From NCBI GenBank assembly GCA_017441705.1, contig JAFRWU010000103.1, forward strand, positions 3,081 through 67,080: a stretch of 64,000 nucleotides of DNA, read 5' to 3'. Each line of letters opens with the position of its first letter. Positions within the stretch are counted from its first letter, which is position 1. The position numbers and the translations under genes were made by a program. Below, piece after piece: positions 28,990 through 38,731 of the stretch. A model generated the notes under the pieces. That model worked only from the letters and a program-made list of their open reading frames with translations, did no database searches and was not told the DNA's origin. The DNA is from Clostridia bacterium. Its GTDB lineage: Bacteria > Bacillota > Clostridia > Oscillospirales > QAMX01.

Positions 28990-30053
28990 TTCGATTCCTC
29001 CTTTATGATGGAACGCAGCGTTTGGATCACGACGGCAAGCTCTTCCCGGGAACCGACAGTGATGCGGTTGTAGTCCCGGATGCGGGGAGAGGAGAAATGG
29101 CGCACCAGGATCCCGCGCTCCTTCAGGGCGAGATACAGCTTTTCTCCGTCAAAGCCCGGAAGACGGGCGAATACGAAATTAGCCCGGGAATCGGGAAGCT
29201 CGAACCCGAGCGCGCGGAGCTCGCGCGTGAGAAACTCCCGGTTTTCCGTGATGGTCCGGATGTTCTTCTGCGTATATGCTTCGTCCCGCAGGGCGCCGAT
29301 CCCGGCCGCCATGGTGATGCTGTTGACGTTATAGGGATTGGTGGAAAAACGGACGGCGTCAAGATCCCGGATGAGTCCGGCGTTCCCCGCGGCGAAGCCG
29401 AGACGGGCGCCGGCCATGGAACGGGATTTGGAAAAAGTCCGCACTACAAGGAGGTTTTCATACCGGGGGATCAGACAAAGAGCGCTTTCTCCGCCGAAAT
29501 CCACGTAGGCTTCGTCCACGATCACGACGGTCTCCGGGTTGGATGCAACGATCGTTTCCACGTCCTTCAGGGGAAGCGCGATGCCGGTGGGTGCGTTGGG
29601 GTTGGCAAGAAAGATCGTTTTCCCGGAAGAGGAATAGTCCTCCGGTCTGATCCGAAGCTCAGGGTCCAGGGGGATTTCTTCGTAAGGGACGCCGTAAACC
29701 GACGACGCGACCTTATAGAAGCCGTAGGTGACGTCGGGAAACAGCGCCGGATGCTTTTCGTCGCAGAAGGTCATCACGGCCAGGTCCAGCGCTTCGTCCG
29801 AACCGTTCACGGGCATGATCTCTTCGGGCTTCAGACCGTAGAAAGAAGCCAGCTCCCGCCGGAGCGCGGCGCTCATGGTATCGGAATAGAGCTCCAGCCG
29901 GGGAAGCGCTTTCGCCGCCTCGCTTTGGGCGAGGGGGGAAGGCGGAAAGGGGGATTCGTTGGTGTTGAGCTTGATATACTTCCGGTCCTGCGGCTGTTCG
30001 CCGGGGACGTAGGGGGAGAGAGAAGCGTATTTTTCACTGAAAAACCTGCTCAT
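28986..30053 (-). CDS. hisC: Histidinol-phosphate aminotransferase
   Basis: 355 aa. It is a class II aminotransferase with the PLP lysine context TFSKSRSMAG. Confidence 0.9.
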   Translation of the reverse strand: MSRFFSEKYASLSPYVPGEQPQDRKYIKLNTNESPFPPSPLAQSEAAKALPRLELYSDTMSAALRRELASFYGLKPEEIMPVNGSDEALDLAVMTFCDEKHPALFPDVTYGFYKVASSVYGVPYEEIPLDPELRIRPEDYSSSGKTIFLANPNAPTGIALPLKDVETIVASNPETVVIVDEAYVDFGGESALCLIPRYENLLVVRTFSKSRSMAGARLGFAAGNAGLIRDLDAVRFSTNPYNVNSITMAAGIGALRDEAYTQKNIRTITENREFLTRELRALGFELPDSRANFVFARLPGFDGEKLYLALKERGILVRHFSSPRIRDYNRITVGSREELAVVIQTLRSIIKEESK

Positions 30054-31345
30054 GCGTCCTCCTCCTTCCCGGCGATCCCGCCGCGGATCAGGGCGCTCCT
30101 GGCGTGCCCGTCGAGTCCCTCCGCCATGGCGAATTCCGCCACGTCCTTCCGCACCGCGTCAAGCGCCGCGGCGGGGAAGGAGGTAACCTGGATCTTTTTG
30201 ACGAAATCATCCACCGAAAGAGGGCTGGAAAAGCGTGCGGTGCCGCCGGTGGGAAGCGTATGATTGGGCCCGGCGAGATAGTCACCCAAAGCTTCCGGCG
30301 TGTTTCGCCCGAGAAAAACAGAACCCGCGTGCCGCACCTTGCCGAGCAGGGAGAAGGGATCGTCCACCGCAAGCTCCAGATGCTCGGGGGCAAGCTCGTT
30401 GGAAAGCTCCAGCGCTTCCTCCAGATCGTCCGTGACGATGATCTTGCCGTTCTGTTCGATCGACGCTCTTGCGATTTTTTCCCTGGAGAGGAGAAGAAGC
30501 TGCCGCTCGATTTCGTCCGCCGTCTTTTGAGCGAGGACGGGACAATCGGTGATCAGGACGGCGCTGGCGTTCACGTCGTGCTCCGCCTGGGAAAGGAGAT
30601 CGGCGGCCAGGACCCGGGGATCGCTCCTGCCGTCGGAGATCACCAGGATCTCGCTGGGACCTGCGATCATATCCACCGAAACCGCGCCGTAAACCTGCCT
30701 TTTCGCCTCGGCGACGTAGGCGTTGCCGGGCCCCACGATCTTATCCGCCCGGGGAACGGTTTCGGTGCCGTAGGCCATGGCGGCGATCGCCTGCGCGCCG
30801 CCGACCTTGAAAACCCTGTCGGCGCCGGCGACGGAGGCGGCGGCCAGCACCGCGGGAGCGACTTTCCCGTCTTTTCCCGGCGGGGTGGTCAGGATCACTT
30901 CGGGGCATCCGGCGATCTTCGCCGGGATCACGTCCATCAGAACGGTGGAGCAGAGGGGCGCGGTGCCGCCGGGCACGTAAACGCCCGCCCGGTCGACCGG
31001 CACCACCCGCTGCCCCAGGACGACGCCGTTTTCCTTCGTGAAGAAAAAGCCGGAACGCTGCTGCTTTTCGTGAAAAAGGCGGATGTTGTCCGCCGCCCGG
31101 GCCAGAAGCGCCATGAATTCCGGCCCGACCCGCTCCACGGCTTCCCGGATCTCCTCTTCGCCGACCGTGAGGGAGGAAAGGGAAACCTTGTCGTATTTTT
31201 CGGTATAGAGATAAAGGGCCCGGTCTCCCTTTTCCCGGACGTTCCGGATGATTTCACTGACGACCGCTTCCGCCTTGACGGTGGGCAGTTCTCTTTTCAG
31301 AATCTCTTCCTTCGGCATGTCGCCGAGCTTTACGATGCGAATCAT
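30050..31345 (-). CDS. hisD: Histidinol dehydrogenase
   Basis: 431 aa with GGAQAIAAMAYGT and SQAEHD motifs. Confidence 0.95.
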   Translation of the reverse strand: MIRIVKLGDMPKEEILKRELPTVKAEAVVSEIIRNVREKGDRALYLYTEKYDKVSLSSLTVGEEEIREAVERVGPEFMALLARAADNIRLFHEKQQRSGFFFTKENGVVLGQRVVPVDRAGVYVPGGTAPLCSTVLMDVIPAKIAGCPEVILTTPPGKDGKVAPAVLAAASVAGADRVFKVGGAQAIAAMAYGTETVPRADKIVGPGNAYVAEAKRQVYGAVSVDMIAGPSEILVISDGRSDPRVLAADLLSQAEHDVNASAVLITDCPVLAQKTADEIERQLLLLSREKIARASIEQNGKIIVTDDLEEALELSNELAPEHLELAVDDPFSLLGKVRHAGSVFLGRNTPEALGDYLAGPNHTLPTGGTARFSSPLSVDDFVKKIQVTSFPAAALDAVRKDVAEFAMAEGLDGHARSALIRGGIAGKEEDA

Positions 31346-31369
31346 ATCGGCAGGATCCTTTCCGATTCA

Positions 31370-32014
31370 TCAGTTTTCTTTCCCTTGACCGGAAAGTCCT
31401 GCGAGGAGACTTTCGATCTCGGGCGTCTTGAATTTGAAGCTTGCTTTGTTGGCGATCAGGCGGGCGCTGACGGGGACGATGGTTTCGACGACCTCCAGAT
31501 CGTTTTCCCTGAGGGTCGTGCCGGTCTCCACGATATCCACGATGACGTCCGAAAGGCCGAGGATCGGGGCGATCTCGATGGAACCGTTCAGATGGATGAT
31601 ATCGATCTCCCGCCCCAGGGAAGCGTAATACCGCTCGGCGATCCGGCGGAATTTCGTCGCCACCCGGAGGGGACGGCGCGTGTCGTCCCGGAATCCCTTC
31701 GGCGCGGCGACCGCCATCCGGCAGATCCCGGTGTGAAGATCCAGAAGCTCGTAGATCTCCGGATCGTATTCCAGAAGGATATCCTTGCCCGCGACGCCGA
31801 CGTCGGCGGCACCCCGCTCCACGTAGATCGCGACGTCGGACGGCTTGACCCAGAAATACCGGATCCCCGCGCCGGGGTTTTCAAAAATCAGTCTGCGGCT
31901 GTTTTCCAGAAGGGCGGGACAGGGATATCCCGCTGCGGCGAACATGGCGTAAACCATTTCGCCGAGTCTTCCCTTGGGAAGCGCAACGTTCAGAAAGCGA
32001 TCGGTTACTGCCAC
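31370..32014 (-). CDS. hisG: ATP phosphoribosyltransferase, short form
   Basis: 214 aa with LNVALPKGRL and DIVETGTTLREN motifs. The short HisG form requires HisZ. Confidence 0.9.
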   Translation of the reverse strand: MAVTDRFLNVALPKGRLGEMVYAMFAAAGYPCPALLENSRRLIFENPGAGIRYFWVKPSDVAIYVERGAADVGVAGKDILLEYDPEIYELLDLHTGICRMAVAAPKGFRDDTRRPLRVATKFRRIAERYYASLGREIDIIHLNGSIEIAPILGLSDVIVDIVETGTTLRENDLEVVETIVPVSARLIANKASFKFKTPEIESLLAGLSGQGKEN

Positions 32015-33120
32015 GTGATCCCGCCTTTCTCAAAAACGCCGACTCTGCCGGCCCGTATACCCGGGGCGGCGGTGCGGCCGGTCCTGACCGTCAGGCCCTC
32101 CTGCCGGAGCGACTCGACGGCGCGTATCAGCTCTCCGGGATCGGCGTCTTCTCCGTAAAGAAGCAGAACGTCGGAATCCAGAGGAGAAGGCGCGTCGTCA
32201 AGACGCTCGATACTGTCCAGATATACCGCGAATCCCGCGGCGCTCGCCTTTTTCCCGAGGCGGCGCATCAGATGATCGTACTGCCCGCCGGAAAGCACGG
32301 CTGCGGGAAGCCCCGCGATAAAGCCCTTGAAGATCAGACCGTTGTAATAATTCCGGTCGCCGGTCACGGAAAAGTCCACCCGGATCTTCCCGGCGAATTC
32401 CCCGCCGGAAAAGACCGAAAGAGCCCGGCGGAAAAAGGAATACTCGATTCCGGCGCCACAGGCTTCGGCGATGCGACCGATTTCCGGCAGCATTTCCTCC
32501 GGCCTGCCGTAAAGGGAAAGAAGTCTTGTAAGAAGCGCTCCCTTTTCTTCCGGTATGCCGTTTTCCAGAAGCATGGCGCGGATCCCGTGCAGGTTCTTCT
32601 CGCCGGCGGCGTGAAGAAGCTCCTCCTGCAGCGAGGGCGAGGAAGAGATCTGCTCCAAAACCGCCGAAAGGATCCCGAGATGCGCGAGATCCAGCACGTA
32701 GTCGGAGGAAACGGCCGCAAGGCTCCGGGCTGCCAGGATCAAAACCTCGCCCGCGGCCGCGGCGTCCAGCGCCCCGATGCATTCAAGACCCGCCTGCCGG
32801 ATCTCGCGGAAGGAACCCGCTCCTTTGGCAGGGCGGTAGACGTTCTCGTCGTAATAGAGTTTTTCGGTCCCGGACTGGCCGTCCCGGTAGTTCTTGGCGA
32901 TGGAAAGAGTGACGTCGGGCTTCAGAGCCAAAAGCCTCCCGTTGGTGTCGGTGAAGGTGATCACGCGGTCCGAAACGAGAAAATCCTTGTTGCGGCTGTA
33001 CAGATCGTATTCTTCGAATTTGCCCATGCGATAGGGGATATACCCGTAACTGCGGTAAAGCGCGCGCAGGGCGAACGCCGTCTCTTCGGCGCGCGTCACG
33101 GTAGTTTCGTCGATCAGCAC
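32005..33120 (-). CDS. hisZ: ATP phosphoribosyltransferase regulatory subunit
   Basis: 371 aa. It is a HisRS paralogue lacking the anticodon domain and sits directly upstream of short hisG. Confidence 0.85.
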   Translation of the reverse strand: MLIDETTVTRAEETAFALRALYRSYGYIPYRMGKFEEYDLYSRNKDFLVSDRVITFTDTNGRLLALKPDVTLSIAKNYRDGQSGTEKLYYDENVYRPAKGAGSFREIRQAGLECIGALDAAAAGEVLILAARSLAAVSSDYVLDLAHLGILSAVLEQISSSPSLQEELLHAAGEKNLHGIRAMLLENGIPEEKGALLTRLLSLYGRPEEMLPEIGRIAEACGAGIEYSFFRRALSVFSGGEFAGKIRVDFSVTGDRNYYNGLIFKGFIAGLPAAVLSGGQYDHLMRRLGKKASAAGFAVYLDSIERLDDAPSPLDSDVLLLYGEDADPGELIRAVESLRQEGLTVRTGRTAAPGIRAGRVGVFEKGGITWQ

Positions 33121-33419
33121 GAGGGATCCTCCTTTTCTCCGGCCATACGGTCGATGACCGTGCGGTATCCGCCGGCGCCGTAATGAAGACAGCGGCTGAC
33201 CCGGCTGATGGTGGCGGCGGAGACGCCGACCTCGCGGGAGATGTCGTTGTAATTCATGCCCCGGTCCAAAAGCCTTGCGGTGTCCAGCCGCTGCGCCATA
33301 TCGATGATTTCGTTGATGGTGCAGATATCCTCAAAAAAGGCGGCGCATTCTTCCTCGTCCCGAAGCAGCGAAACGGCGTGAAAGAGCCTTGCCGCCGCAT
33401 CTTTCTGGTAGGTTTTCAA
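33114..33419 (-). CDS. TrpR-like YerC/YecD-family DNA-binding protein, candidate histidine repressor
   Basis: The start was set at TTG 33419 (GAGGAGG 8 nt upstream). It aligns by eye along its length with B. subtilis YerC (FFEDICTINEI..., ATISRVSRCLHYG). It is the first gene of the his operon. Confidence 0.7.
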   Translation of the reverse strand: MKTYQKDAAARLFHAVSLLRDEEECAAFFEDICTINEIIDMAQRLDTARLLDRGMNYNDISREVGVSAATISRVSRCLHYGAGGYRTVIDRMAGEKEDPSC

Positions 33420-33452
33420 GATCGTCACCTCCTCGATCTTTAACACTCTATC

Positions 33453-33481
33453 ATTTTATCACTTTAAATTGATAAAGTCAA
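33453..33481 (-). promoter_or_regulatory. Sigma-A type promoter of the his operon
   Basis: TTGACT, 17 nt, TAAAAT on the minus strand, about 30 nt upstream of the regulator start. Confidence 0.6.
33455..33476. promoter_or_regulatory. Perfect 7-8-7 palindrome TTTATCA-N8-TGATAAA inside the his promoter spacer (candidate operator)
   Basis: Read directly from the sequence. It spans the region from the -35 edge into the -10 hexamer. Confidence 0.45.
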
Positions 33482-33502
33482 GAGGAAATTGCGGGCGGAC
33501 GG

Positions 33503-33544
33503 AAAAAAGGAGAAAGGCTGCGGAAGAGCATCGCTTCCGCAGCC
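33503..33544 (-). terminator. Intrinsic terminator after the EIIC-like gene
   Basis: 11-bp stem GGCTGCGGAAG/CTTCCGCAGCC followed by TTTCTCCTTTTTT on the minus strand. Confidence 0.7.
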
Positions 33545-33572
33545 CGCGTGAACGACGAAGGAGGATCCGGGA

Positions 33573-34619
33573 TCAGTCCCCGGAGATGGCCATATCGCCC
33601 GGCTTGATCCAGCCGGCTTTCCTCAGAACGAAATCGATCCCGAGGGTCAGCGCGGCGGGAAGGACGACGTGCATCAGAAGGATCTCGATGAGGACGATCC
33701 ATAAAGCCGTTCCGTCTCCGGTCATGGCTTCGACGGCGCCGAACTGTCCGACAAGGCCGCTGGTTCCCATGCCCGCGCCGACCGGTGTATTGGTCATTTT
33801 GAAAAGGCAGGTGGAAACCGGGCCGAGGATCGCCCCGGCCAGAGTAGGCGCGATCCAGATCTGCGGACGGCGCAGGATATTCCCGAACTGCAGCATGGAG
33901 GTGCCGACGCCCTGGGAAAGCAGCCCGCCGACGCCGTTGTCGCGGAAGCTTGCGACGGCGAATCCGATCATCTGCGCGCAGCAGCCCGCCGCCGCGGCGC
34001 CGGCCGCAAGCCCGGAGATCCCGATGGAGACGCACAGGGCTGCAGACGAGATCGGAGCGGTCAGAGCCATGCCCACCAGGACCGCCACCGCAATGCCCAT
34101 GGGGAAGGGAGCCCATTCGGTGGTGGTGTTGACAAGATTTCCGAAGGCGGTCATGAACTGATTGAGGTAAGGACCGATGAACCAGCCCACCAGCCCTCCG
34201 GGCACGATGGTCAGAAGGGGAGACAGGACGATATCCAGCTTGGTCCTTCCGCTGACAAGCCCGCCGATCTCGGCGCCGACCACCGCGGCGGCGTAGGCCC
34301 CGATGGGACCGCCTCCCGCCGCGTAGGCGATAGCGCCCACCGAAACGGCGGAAAAGACGACAAGCGGCTTGTGCTTCAATCCCCAGGCCACCGCGGCGCC
34401 GATGGCCGCGCCGGTCACCACCGAATCCTTGGCGGTGATGGTGGAGGCCAGGGTGGAGAGAACGCCCAGATAGGGGATCCTGCCCAGAAGGTTCAGGATC
34501 GTTGCGATGATCAGAGAAGCGAAAAGACCGAGCGCCATGGCGCTCATGGCGTCGATGAAATACCGGTGAAAAATGCTCCCGACGATATTCTTTTTCTTTT
34601 CGGTTTTGCGGCGTGCCAA
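33573..34619 (-). CDS. PTS EIIC-like permease (PTS_EIIC_2-type), orphan
   Basis: TTG start at 34619 (GGAG about 10 nt upstream). About 348 aa, polytopic, with an N-terminus ...RYFIDAMSAMALGLFASLIIATI like stand-alone EIIC-family permeases. No EIIA or EIIB gene is nearby. Confidence 0.55.
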   Translation of the reverse strand: MARRKTEKKKNIVGSIFHRYFIDAMSAMALGLFASLIIATILNLLGRIPYLGVLSTLASTITAKDSVVTGAAIGAAVAWGLKHKPLVVFSAVSVGAIAYAAGGGPIGAYAAAVVGAEIGGLVSGRTKLDIVLSPLLTIVPGGLVGWFIGPYLNQFMTAFGNLVNTTTEWAPFPMGIAVAVLVGMALTAPISSAALCVSIGISGLAAGAAAAGCCAQMIGFAVASFRDNGVGGLLSQGVGTSMLQFGNILRRPQIWIAPTLAGAILGPVSTCLFKMTNTPVGAGMGTSGLVGQFGAVEAMTGDGTALWIVLIEILLMHVVLPAALTLGIDFVLRKAGWIKPGDMAISGD

Positions 34620-34624
34620 AAAAA

Positions 34625-36007
34625 TCAAGCTCCTTTCGGTTCGGCGCTTCCGCCGTTCTCCTTCTTCTTTTGGAAAGCGTCGATCAGAAGAGAGATCAGG
34701 GCGGTGAGAAGCAGGGTGACGCAGGGAATGAAATTCAAAAATTGCCGGTTCTGGAAAGCGGCGCCGAAAAAGCCGATGTCGTTTCCCGTGGTGGCGGTGA
34801 CGAAAGCCTTGGCAGCCAGAGAACTCACAAATCCGGCGACGTTGCCGACGGTGGAATAGAAGGCGATGTAGCTGGTCTGGTTGGCCTCGGGCAGATTCAT
34901 ATAGGGAAGGTTGGCGAAAACCAGTGTGATCCCCGGGGCGAAGACGTAGGCGGAGATGGCGGAAATGGGGTAAAAATACCATCGGTCGGAGGTGGTGAAG
35001 GCGTTGAAAAGATAGGGCGTCAGATAGAGCGTCGTCGCCAGAGCCAGCGTCCGGAGCCAGGAGATCCGTCCGATGATCCTCGTCCAGACCGGATAGGCGA
35101 TGAAATAGATCGGGATGCTGGTCAGCGTGATCCCGGAGATCAGGGCGTAGGAGAGCCCCACGTCCTCCAGAAGATAGGCGGTGAAATACTGGCCGGTGAA
35201 GTTGGCGCCGAAGCTGTAGATCAGGGTCAGGGAGACGGTCAGAAGGTACCTCGGCGTGCGGAAGGGAAGGGTCAGCATGCCGACGATGCTTCTTTTGGGA
35301 GACGGCGCGTATTCCGGCTCCTTGATCCCGGTGAAAGCCACGATCTCGAGCCCCGCGAAAATCAGGGCGACGCCGCGCAGGATCAAAAGACCGAGATATC
35401 CGTTCCCGCCGTCCTTCATGTGATCCAGGAAGAAGCTCGCGCCTGTGGCCAGAAGCGAGGTGATCATGGGCGAAAGCATGTTGACGATGGAAAAATAGGA
35501 GGCGCGGGTCCGGTTCGGAAGGTCCGACACGTGCCAGACCGAAAAGGCCGCGCTGGAGATCTGCACGATCAGGGACGCGATCAGGTGCACGCCGAGGAAA
35601 AACCAGAGCCTGACGTCCAGATCGACGGGCAGGATCGGGATCACGCCGAGCAGGACGATATTCAGGAGATGGTAGATCCCCCGCAGGATCAGAAGAAGCT
35701 TTTTCCGCCGGGGAAATCTCTCCATGATCAGGGGAGCGACGATCTGCGCAAGACCTGAGGCAAGGCTGATCATCGTAACGCTTCCCAGGAAGCTGTTCTG
35801 CTTCACAGTGGGAGAATCCTGCATCATGGAAAGGATCAGACTTGTCAGAAAAACGCCGGAGATCAGAGAGGAGAACATGCCGCTGAGCAGGTTCCCGGCC
35901 AAAAGACTGCGCCGGGATGAAGCCAGCCCGTCGTCGTTCTCCAGAAAGGTGATGCGGATCCCTTCGGAACGGGAGAAGAGTTTGGCGATCCGTTCTTTCA
36001 GACGCAT
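34625..36007 (-). CDS. MFS transporter
   Basis: The start was set at MRLKERIAKLF (GGAGG SD at 36012-36016). About 460 aa with 12 predicted TMs. The remainder of the 1207-aa ORF is antisense to recG. Confidence 0.7.
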   Translation of the reverse strand: MRLKERIAKLFSRSEGIRITFLENDDGLASSRRSLLAGNLLSGMFSSLISGVFLTSLILSMMQDSPTVKQNSFLGSVTMISLASGLAQIVAPLIMERFPRRKKLLLILRGIYHLLNIVLLGVIPILPVDLDVRLWFFLGVHLIASLIVQISSAAFSVWHVSDLPNRTRASYFSIVNMLSPMITSLLATGASFFLDHMKDGGNGYLGLLILRGVALIFAGLEIVAFTGIKEPEYAPSPKRSIVGMLTLPFRTPRYLLTVSLTLIYSFGANFTGQYFTAYLLEDVGLSYALISGITLTSIPIYFIAYPVWTRIIGRISWLRTLALATTLYLTPYLFNAFTTSDRWYFYPISAISAYVFAPGITLVFANLPYMNLPEANQTSYIAFYSTVGNVAGFVSSLAAKAFVTATTGNDIGFFGAAFQNRQFLNFIPCVTLLLTALISLLIDAFQKKKENGGSAEPKGA

Positions 36008-36122
36008 GATTGCCTCCGTAAATCTCCTGTCGGGAAGATCAAAAGCGGAAGAAGCAAACAGGAAATGCCTGCTTTTGTCAAGGCTTATCATAAGCATTTG
36101 AAGCGGGAATGTCAAGTGGGGA

Positions 36123-36151
36123 ATTGAAATTTGAAACGATTTGGGGTATGA
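36123..36151 (+). promoter_or_regulatory. Candidate promoter of recG
   Basis: TTGAAA, 17 nt, TATGAT, about 25 nt upstream of the recG ATG. Confidence 0.5.
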
Positions 36152-36175
36152 TAGAAAGAGGAAGGAGGCGGCAAG

Positions 36176-38218
36176 ATGGCTCTGGAACTGGGAAGCGACG
36201 TGAGAATGATCCGCGGGATCGGGGACAAAAGCGCAAAGGCGCTGGAAAAGCTCGGGATCCGTACCTGCCGCGATCTCCTGAATCATTATCCCCGCGGGTA
36301 CGAGGACCGGACGAAGATCGTTCCGGTGGCGGAACTCTCGGAGGAGATCGGCCGGGTCGCCGAAGTGACGGTCACCTCGCCGGTCCGCAAGGTGCGGCTC
36401 CGTTCGGGCAAGGTCCTGGTACAGGCGGAAGCCGCCGACGATTCCGGCAGCCTGACCCTGAATTTCTTCAATCAGGAATACATGAAAAACGTCCTCTCGC
36501 AGGGGGAAACCTATTACGTCTACGGAAAGGTATCCGGCGCGAAATTCGCCAAGGATATGACCAATCCGGAGGTGCGGAAAAAGGACGGGGAATTCACGGG
36601 CGAGATCCTGCCGATCTATCCCCTGACCGACGGGATCCGGCAGAACGACCTGCGCAAAGCAGTCAGAGCGGTCCTGAAGGATACGCTGGACGCCGTGACC
36701 GATTCGCTGCCGGCGCCGGTGCGGCGGGAGCACGAGCTGGCTACGGTGAAGTTTTCGCTTCAGAATATCCACTATCCGGACTCGGAGGAGGCGCTCGCTC
36801 TCGCGCGCAAAAGGCTGATCTTCGGCGAGTTTTTTACGCTGGCGGCGGCTTTGGGCATGCGGAAAAACCTGCGGAAGGGCGAAAGCACGCTCGCGCTCGA
36901 CGTATCCTGCCGGGAAGAATTTGAAAAGAGCCTTCCCTTCCGCCTCACAGGCGCGCAGAGCCGCGCGGTGTCGGAGATCCTGGAGGACCTTTCCTCCGGC
37001 CGGGTGATGAACCGGCTTGTGCAGGGGGACGTGGGCTCCGGCAAAACGGCGGTCGCCGCGGCGGCGGCCTTCACGGTGATCCGGAACGGAAAGCAGGCGG
37101 CGGTGATGGCGCCGACCGAGATCCTCGCAGCCCAGCACGACGAGACCTTCCGGCGCTTCTTCGAGCCCTTCGGCGTCAAAACCGCGCTTTTGACTTCTTC
37201 CACCAGGGCGTCGGAGAGACGCAGGATCCTTGCGGGACTGGAATCCGGCGAGATCGCCTTCGTTTCCGGCACGCATGCGCTTCTGGAGGAAAGCGTGCAG
37301 ATCCCGGAGCTTTCGCTGGTGATCTGCGACGAACAGCACCGCTTCGGCGTGGAGCAGCGGACCCGTCTCGCCCGCAAGGGGAACGAGGTGCACACCCTGG
37401 TCATGTCGGCGACGCCGATCCCGCGGACTCTGGCTCTGGTGATGTACGGCGACCTGGAAGTTTCGATCATCGACGAGCTGCCGCCGGGCAGAGAACCGGT
37501 CAAAACTTACCTCATCGGCGAGGATCACCGGGAAGGGCTTTACGGGTTTATCCGCAAGACCGTCCGGGAGGGAAGACAGGCCTATATCGTCTGTCCGCTG
37601 GTGGAGGAGAACGACGATTTGGAACTGGCTTCGGCGGAGGAATACACCGAAGAACTGCGTACCAGGGTCTTCCCGGATCTCCGCATCGGCCTTCTGCACG
37701 GGCGCATGAAGGCAAAGGAGAAAAACGGGATCATGGAGGCCTTCGCCGCGCGGGAGATCGATATCCTGGTATCCACTACCGTGATCGAAGTGGGGATCGA
37801 TGTGCCGAACGCCACTCTGATGGTGGTGGAAAACGCCGAACGCTTCGGCCTTTCCCAGCTTCACCAGCTGCGCGGCCGGGTGGGAAGAGGCAAAGAGCAG
37901 TCCTTCTGCTTCCTGCTTTCGGAGGCGAAGGGAGAGACCCGCGCGCGCCTCAAGGTCATGACCGCGACCAACGACGGGTTCCGTGTGGCGGAGGAGGATC
38001 TCGCGCTGCGCGGCCCCGGCGACTTTTTCGGCAAACGGCAGCACGGACTGCCGGAAATGCGCATCGCCTCCTTCTCGGAGGACGTGAAGACCCTGAAGAT
38101 CGCGCAAGGCGCGGCGGCGAAGCTCCTGGAAGAGGATCCGATGCTGGAAAAAGAAGAAAACCGCCTGCTCAAAAAGGCGGTGAAGAGCCTCAGCGACCGT
38201 CTGGAGGAAAACCGCTGA
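36176..38218 (+). CDS. recG: ATP-dependent DNA helicase RecG
   Basis: 680 aa with wedge domain, Walker A GDVGSGKT, DEQH box and the TRG-like C-terminal region. Confidence 0.95.
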   Translation: MALELGSDVRMIRGIGDKSAKALEKLGIRTCRDLLNHYPRGYEDRTKIVPVAELSEEIGRVAEVTVTSPVRKVRLRSGKVLVQAEAADDSGSLTLNFFNQEYMKNVLSQGETYYVYGKVSGAKFAKDMTNPEVRKKDGEFTGEILPIYPLTDGIRQNDLRKAVRAVLKDTLDAVTDSLPAPVRREHELATVKFSLQNIHYPDSEEALALARKRLIFGEFFTLAAALGMRKNLRKGESTLALDVSCREEFEKSLPFRLTGAQSRAVSEILEDLSSGRVMNRLVQGDVGSGKTAVAAAAAFTVIRNGKQAAVMAPTEILAAQHDETFRRFFEPFGVKTALLTSSTRASERRRILAGLESGEIAFVSGTHALLEESVQIPELSLVICDEQHRFGVEQRTRLARKGNEVHTLVMSATPIPRTLALVMYGDLEVSIIDELPPGREPVKTYLIGEDHREGLYGFIRKTVREGRQAYIVCPLVEENDDLELASAEEYTEELRTRVFPDLRIGLLHGRMKAKEKNGIMEAFAAREIDILVSTTVIEVGIDVPNATLMVVENAERFGLSQLHQLRGRVGRGKEQSFCFLLSEAKGETRARLKVMTATNDGFRVAEEDLALRGPGDFFGKRQHGLPEMRIASFSEDVKTLKIAQGAAAKLLEEDPMLEKEENRLLKKAVKSLSDRLEENR

Positions 38219-38280
38219 GGAGAAGAGCAGGAAGGCAGTTGCGCACACGGGCGCCGTATCGGGCGCGGAAAGGAGAAGCC

Positions 38281-38565
38281 ATGAAAAACGTCATGATTTT
38301 TTATCTGGAAGGATGCCCCTACTGCCGGGACGCGCGGCGCGCGCTTTCCTCTCTTCTGGAGGAGAAGCCGGAATACGCCGGGATCGGCGTGCGCTGGGTG
38401 GAGGAAAACCGGGAAAGGGAAACCGCCGAACGATACGAGTATTACTACGTCCCGTCCGTCTTTGCGGGGGAGAAGAAGCTTTACGAAGCGCATCCCTCCG
38501 AAAGCTATGAGATCATCCGGGAAAAGCTGGACGCGGCGCTGGCCGCGGTTCTGAAAGAGAACTGA
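38281..38565 (+). CDS. Glutaredoxin/NrdH-like thioredoxin-fold protein
   Basis: The start was set at MKNVMIFYLEGCPYC (AAAGGAG SD). It has a CPYC active site. Confidence 0.7.
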   Translation: MKNVMIFYLEGCPYCRDARRALSSLLEEKPEYAGIGVRWVEENRERETAERYEYYYVPSVFAGEKKLYEAHPSESYEIIREKLDAALAAVLKEN

Positions 38566-38671
38566 CGACGGGCGGATCTGGAGGCGGGATCGCCGTGGTC
38601 CCCGGTGAAAACGCCGCGGAGGACGGCGGCAAGAAACCGCGTTTTCCGTCAGGAAACGGCAAATCAGGAAA

Positions 38672-38715
38672 GAAAAAAGACGCGGCCGAAGAACGCGTTT
38701 GCTTTCTTCGGCCGC
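38672..38715 (-). terminator. Intrinsic terminator of the 880-aa surface protein gene
   Basis: 12-bp stem GCGGCCGAAGAA/TTCTTCGGCCGC followed by TCTTTTTTC on the minus strand. Confidence 0.65.
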
Positions 38716-38731
38716 ATGTTTCTGGCTTATG

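Noticed and set aside
33420-33446. GTG at 33446 as the start of the YerC-like gene (ORF-track start)
   Set aside because: It would lie at or upstream of the predicted transcription start and would contain the GAGGAGG SD within the coding sequence. TTG 33419 gives an N-terminus that aligns with B. subtilis YerC.
36008-38248. Upstream 2.2 kb of the 1207-aa minus-strand ORF (34625-38248)
   Set aside because: It is antisense to the well-supported recG and its translation is Arg/Gly/Pro-rich low complexity. Only the 3' part from ATG 36007, which has a GGAGG SD, looks like a real protein (an MFS transporter).
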